From the NCBI RefSeq assembly GCF_037042905.1, contig NC_087251.1:44394001-44458000 (forward strand): a stretch of DNA of 64,000 bases. The letters are read 5' to 3'. Below are positions 60,001-64,000 of this stretch, piece by piece. Each line of letters begins with the position of its first letter. Position 1 is the first letter of the stretch. This DNA comes from Lytechinus pictus. Taxonomy: Eukaryota. The position numbers and the translations under genes are program-made. The notes beneath the pieces were generated by a model. It was not told where the DNA came from, searched no databases, and saw only the letters and a program-made list of their open reading frames with translations.

Positions 60001-62515
60001 CTGACCTCAGTCTGTGACACTGAGCCTAATATTTTGTTTTCGTGAATGCTGCCTTTTGTCATATATAAGGCGTCCGTTACGCGAAGTGTCATGTCCGTTA
60101 CGCCATTTTTATGAAAATGAAAAGTGGTAAGGGAAAATGATTGCTACACATGGTAGGGGGTTTAATTCTAACATAGAATCTTAATCTGCAGTACCTTCAG
60201 ACAAATTTCCTGTAAGCTGTGAAAACTTTAAGTGAAAAACGTAACGGACATGACACTGATAATGATAAAGAAATCACACAAATCTGAAGATCGATTTCTC
60301 TAAAATTGAATAATGGCATAAAATTTAACGATGATTTTCTGTTGATGTAAACATTAATCAACTATTCAAAAGTTAAAAGAGACCTCTGGGACCTTATTTG
60401 CTTTTAGTAGAGACAGGAAAGATGAATTGTATAAAAATAGCCACATTTTTTTAGATTTTGCAATTTACAATTCTATTTTTTTGATAGTGGAAAAAACTAC
60501 AAAATTTTATCAATATTGCGATTATTCTATTGGAAATTGAAACTTTATAGATTACTTTTTAAGAAAATTTGACTGCTGAAGTGAAATCTGAAACTTCATT
60601 TTTTCTCTAAAGTGAACATTTTCCATGGAATTGCCCATATGAAGATCATCCAAGGGATACAAGAAAAACAGTCTTTCTGAGCATGTGGTACATGTTTTTA
60701 TGCACAGGTACCTGTAATACACATTTCAATTGGGAAATCAATTTATGGGCTCGTATTCTGAAGTCAGGTTTAACCTGAACTCAGGTTTAAAGTTGTGGTT
60801 GAAGTATGGATAGCCAATCGTTACATAAATCACTAACAGTAGAGATATCATATTTCAGCTCATTTTGGCTCTCAAATCATTCATTATTATCTAAGAAGTA
60901 TAAATAGATGATTGTCTTCACCATCGATGAATCAGGAAAGAGCACAGTAAACATAAGAAACATACAACTTAATACAAATGTTGACACTTTTGGCTCCCCA
61001 TAATTTTAGCACAGAGTTAGACTATGGTTAAACCTGACTTCAGAATACGGGCCCATGTGTTTAACCCTTTGAACCCTGAATTATTTGGGGCAGCCGTGAC
61101 CCATACCCTGAATTATTTGAACGTATTGACCACATTCACAAACTCCCTTGATTTGAATCCCAATGGCATCTCCCCCCCCCCCCCTCGAGTACCCGGGCCA
61201 GCCCGGCCGAAGTTGTTCAGATTCTTGTAGACCTAGTCTACAGACAGAAATATCAACTCAAGTGTCTGTTTTATGCTCAAAATCACTGTTTTGACTAAAG
61301 TCAGATTTATCAATAGCTTCCCCGTAGTCAGCACGTGACTCGCCGCGTATTACACCATGTATTACCGCACATGAGCCCTGCAGAAGAGTAGCATATTTTG
61401 GCAATTTTTTATGCTAAAACTGTCTGAAATCAATTCCAATCTTGACTGAAATTATCGACTAAATATTCCTCCCCGTACTAGAAAGATGACGTCATTTTTA
61501 AAAGATCACCTGACATTTAGAACCCATGTTTCTTAAGTCACATGTCTTCAGGCCGGTATTCTGGCCTATCGGGTATATAAGCGTTCACTGATAGGCCAGA
61601 ATACCGGCCTATTGGGTTCAAAGGGTTAAAGACAGATTGTCACTAAAGCAGTTAATTGTATTTCACTAGTAGTCATGATCTTTGCACTTTGCACTTACAT
61701 ATTCCCCCCTTTTTTCACTAATAAATCACTTTCCCCTTGTAGAGATCAAGCAATATGAAAAGTGACTGTAAGAACATATAAATTCCTTTTTTTCTTTAAT
61801 TTCTTAAATAATATTTAGAAATATTAAGATTTTTTCAATCTTTATTTGCAAAGACATGAGTAAAACTGATCCTAAGGAGTGAAACAGATTGACCAAACAT
61901 TTTCCTTGTTCATAGTATGAAATAATTTGATCTTGTTTCTTTCATTCAGGAAATGAAATTCTGAAGATTCTCAAATTTTAAATGAAGGAAAGCATTCCAA
62001 AAGGATATTCTAACTGGCAATTCCATACATTGAGTGAGTATCTTCCTTGTTCATAATATGAAGTAGTTTGATCTTGTTTTTTTCATTCAAGAAATTAAAT
62101 GTTGAAGATTCTCAAATTTTAAATGAAGAGAGCATTCCAAAAGGATATTCTAATGGGCAATTCCATACATTAAGTATTTCTGACCCTGATGTATGGGACA
62201 TTTCTCAAAATTTTCCTCTGTTTTGCAGTTTAATTGATAGATGGAAATCCTCTTAAGTAATCATTGCTTGAGTAGCTCACAAAGTAAAACCAAATAGAGT
62301 AAAGAGAGGTTGGATGTACAAAATAGTTGATTATCTTACGAAACTGTACCAATATCAAAGTCTTGTAAAAAGTACTGTAAAAAAATCATAATATTCTTAT
62401 CAAAATCCTACTAAACGAAGGCCCTAGCAAACCAAAACTAAGTTACATGATAGCTTACCATGGCTGAAGCAAGAAGGATTGTGTACAGACATGTTTTGTA
62501 GGTTGTTCTTCCAGC
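47939..62515 (-). CDS. ANAPC1: Anaphase-promoting complex subunit 1, last 10 coding exons (5' part lies beyond the window end)
   Basis: In-phase GT-AG exons 62515-62459, 58039-57816, 57125-57008, 55935-55858, 55126-54983, 54170-54018, 52866-52771, 51579-51372, 49801-49664, 48039-47939. Hallmark APC1 C-terminal peptides VMAGTGD, YGNHMA..MAIGLLFMGGGRYTL, NRYHLQALRHLYVLAAEPRL, GPRY, RAGHLSY.EDP, FTSDP, LWQLKLV. Confidence 0.95.
49011..49284. mobile_element. MITE with long TIRs (CWG flanks, Harbinger-like)
   Basis: ctggccccgtctcacaaagagttgcgattgatccaatcaatc / gattgattggatgaatcgtaactctttgtaagacgggccccag. Confidence 0.82.
49664..49801 (-). CDS. ANAPC1: ANAPC1 penultimate coding exon
   Basis: AHSSDVLSYLQSGALP...ILYVFLHVYDI...ALQ; tttctgcag / gttagt; phase 1 to 1. 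Confidence 0.85.
50016..50181. mobile_element. Palindromic MITE
   Basis: ttgcataaaagttactattatggtaactatgccatccaatgg / ccattggatggcaaagttaccataatggtaacttttatgcaa. Confidence 0.82.
50184..51218. mobile_element. Nested MITEs including a piggyBac-like element (~50417-51156)
   Basis: Outer ggtgtttcataagct / agctttatgaaacacc; inner element ends ...ggcctagataggg|ttaa with G/C-run subterminal hairpins. Confidence 0.65.
51372..51579 (-). CDS. ANAPC1: ANAPC1 exon
   Basis: SLEQPLESLDASDLWQLKLVLAYY...RLDSVLDTWLQ. Confidence 0.9.
52771..52866 (-). CDS. ANAPC1: ANAPC1 exon
   Basis: EDEKSLMMGSLLFESVTKEKLSVLPVLLELHQ; ttgcag / gtaatc. Confidence 0.88.
53110..53770 (-). mobile_element. Helentron-associated non-autonomous element with 157-bp tandem repeats
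   Basis: Sub-TIR gtttcgcccac (53130) / gtgggcgagac (53759), (GTCC)n microsatellite, repeats at 53273/53430/53587. Confidence 0.8.
54018..54170 (-). CDS. ANAPC1: ANAPC1 exon
   Basis: GYRSLLAQ...ESFTSDPYILTFVKQFC...KQ. Confidence 0.92.
54645..54845. mobile_element. Short TIR element with telomere-like cctaa repeats
   Basis: Same family as the two inserts at 17161-17572. Confidence 0.65.
54983..55126 (-). CDS. ANAPC1: ANAPC1 exon
   Basis: VRIVGPRYLG...KQRAGHLSYAEDPK. Confidence 0.93.
55858..55935 (-). CDS. ANAPC1: ANAPC1 exon
   Basis: ESEWHDETILKLMAPCIIGELSTLKR; tgtag / gtaatt. Confidence 0.9.
56006..56293 (-). mobile_element. tRNA-derived SINE
   Basis: Minus strand tggcccagtgg (A box), ggttcaaatcc (B box), core acccaggtgaggtaaatgggtac, (tta)n tail. 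Confidence 0.87.
57008..57125 (-). CDS. ANAPC1: ANAPC1 exon
   Basis: YHLQALRHLYVLAAEPRLILPKDVGTGKPCYVPLEVTLK. Confidence 0.95.
57816..58039 (-). CDS. ANAPC1: ANAPC1 exon
   Basis: VMAGTGDIELLR...GGGRYTLSTS...GNSKGNR; donor AG|gtcggg. Confidence 0.93.
58082..60636 (-). mobile_element. Decayed Sola2-like DNA transposon
   Basis: ATAT TSD; TIR gg(t)caattcca / tggaattgccc; repeated gcgtaacggacatgac subterminal motifs; broken transposase-like peptide FFSDGTGS../FENKF...WHFFAISQSKGAVEG at ~59520-59770 (minus). Confidence 0.78.
60747..61054. mobile_element. MITE family A, copy 2
   Basis: TIR gggctcgtattctgaagtcaggtttaac / gttaaacctgacttcagaatacgggccc. Confidence 0.88.
61065..61625. mobile_element. 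piggyBac-like MITE
   Basis: TTAA|ccctttgaaccc ... gggttcaaaggg|TTAA. Confidence 0.85.
61902..62171. repeat. Direct tandem duplication (~141 bp x2)
   Basis: ttccttgttcata...caattccatacatt repeated. Confidence 0.85.
62459..62515 (-). CDS. ANAPC1: ANAPC1 exon
   Basis: AGRTTYKTCLYTILLASAM; tttcag / gtaagc; 57 nt. Confidence 0.88.
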
Positions 62516-63384
62516 CTGAAAATAAAAGAAGGGGGATGGCAAATGAAAATTTTGAAAAAATAATGAAAAGAATGCAAATGTTTTGAACTATTCAATACAT
62601 TATGTTATATAAAATGGCCCAGGCCATCATAAAGAAATCATAATGTCATTGTGATGTCATCATGTTGTGATGCTACATTATATGGCTCATGCCATCATAA
62701 TGAAATCATAATTTATGATGACAAAATCATTGTGAGATCAAATGTGATGTCATTGTGATTTAATTGTAATGTCACGATGTCTGTGCAAAATACGACCATT
62801 GTGGGCCTTGAAGAGTACACATGAGCGTTGATTAGCATAACTTTTAAACTGTCATGTTTTTCTCCTTACCTTGACAGAAGAAGATTGAGCAAGGTGTGTT
62901 TCTTTGAAAAAACAAAAACAAAACTTTATTTCTTTTTTAGATCTACAAGTGATGATACTGTGATCGGTAGAGTTAACTACTGTATATGAAATACGGAGAC
63001 ATGACATTTTGTGAAAATTGAACGCCATCAGTTTGGCAACAATTTGCTTCAAGATACATTGAATGTAGAAATTGTGAAAGTGCAAATTATAAGAATAGAT
63101 ACAATATATATATATATATTGAAATACTGTTTTAATGCCAATGTTTTAGCAGTGCTGATTATTTTCATTTACAGATGAATACTGCGCAATGGCTGTCCAA
63201 GTTTATTGGATACGAAATATATTGGATATACTGTTATCACTTTGACAATATTAGAGAAACACCATGAATTTTCTTGTCTTTACCTTTACTGACAAGACTG
63301 TGGAAAATATGAAGTATGTGGCAATTGTCAGTAAATATACTGATAATACCAAGCTACTCCATCAAATACAAACATGACTATCAA

Positions 63385-63573
63385 GAAAACATGCCAAAGC
63401 TCATAGATCCCCTTCAAAGATGGGCAAATACATGGCAGATGAGAAAAAATGCAGATAAATGTGGAGTCATTCTCTTTGGGAATCGCAACCTTCACCATAC
63501 ATATAGAATGGGCAACACCATGCTCGAAGAAAGCACAGAAGAAAAGAATCTAGGAGTGCTGATTCACAAATAA
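63385..63573 (+). mobile_element. CR1/L2-group LINE reverse-transcriptase fragment
   Basis: LQRWANTWQMRKNADKCGVILFG...YRMG...EEKNLGVLI matches the post-RT motif W..W.M.FN..KC...EKDLGV. Confidence 0.8.
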
Positions 63574-63606
63574 CCTAAGATTATGTTTTTTTTTCTGTAG
63601 GTCATT

Positions 63607-64000
63607 ATGGATTGGAATATTTGTGTGATCTGTCAAGAAAAATACAAAAGAAAACCTGAATTGTCCACAAAAAGGATTTAGCCAAAGTGCCAGGAGTGCA
63701 TATTCATCATTCTCAGAGAATGTTGAGGAGTTCCGGCAGATGAATGCATTACCAGTCAAAGAAGAATAGGAGTCTGAAGGAACTGTAGAAACATTTGTGA
63801 CAAACAAAGCCTCTTGGCACCGTTTTTGCCATCAAAAATTTAATAATGACAAATTCAGCAGAAAATTGAAAGAAAGAGAGAGAAAAAACTAAAAAGCGGT
63901 AGATCTCTCCTGTGACACAAGACGACCTAAGCTCCAATAGTCGACATTGGACTGCAAGCGCATGTGCCTATTCTGCGAAAGAGAGGGCAATGCAAAATTG
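63607..64000 (+). pseudogene. Decayed N-terminus of a DNA-transposon protein (Academ-like)
   Basis: MDWNICVICQ/..ENLNCP...ASWHRFCHQKF...CLFCE with frameshifts and stops; preceded by an acceptor ttttctgtag. Confidence 0.5.

Overview
This is AT-rich, intron-rich animal DNA; the repeat families suggest a sea urchin (inference). There are three spliced genes. (1) The 5' part of a probable VIPAS39/SPE-39 gene on the minus strand (ATG 5744), running off the left edge. (2) A complete 5-exon, 476-aa ADP-dependent glucokinase (ADPGK-family) gene on the plus strand, 11423-34628. (3) The last 10 coding exons of ANAPC1 (APC/C subunit 1) on the minus strand, 62515-47939, convergent with ADPGK. Introns and spacers carry many MITEs, tRNA-derived SINEs, LINE ends, two Helentron-type elements, a decayed Sola2-like transposon and a Penelope-type remnant with a minimal hammerhead-like motif. 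The most striking unexplained signal lies in the 14.2-kb ADPGK intron 2. It holds at least eight separate nested multi-helix fold-back domains whose non-Watson-Crick pairs are mostly G-U on the sense strand. In two of them, helices bury candidate cryptic splice sites, which suggests a large structured intronic RNA or a splicing-control system. The ANAPC1 3' region is also built from a ~121-bp tandem amplification (364-bp higher-order unit) of its own stop-codon region. All structures were paired by eye; no folding or database search was run.
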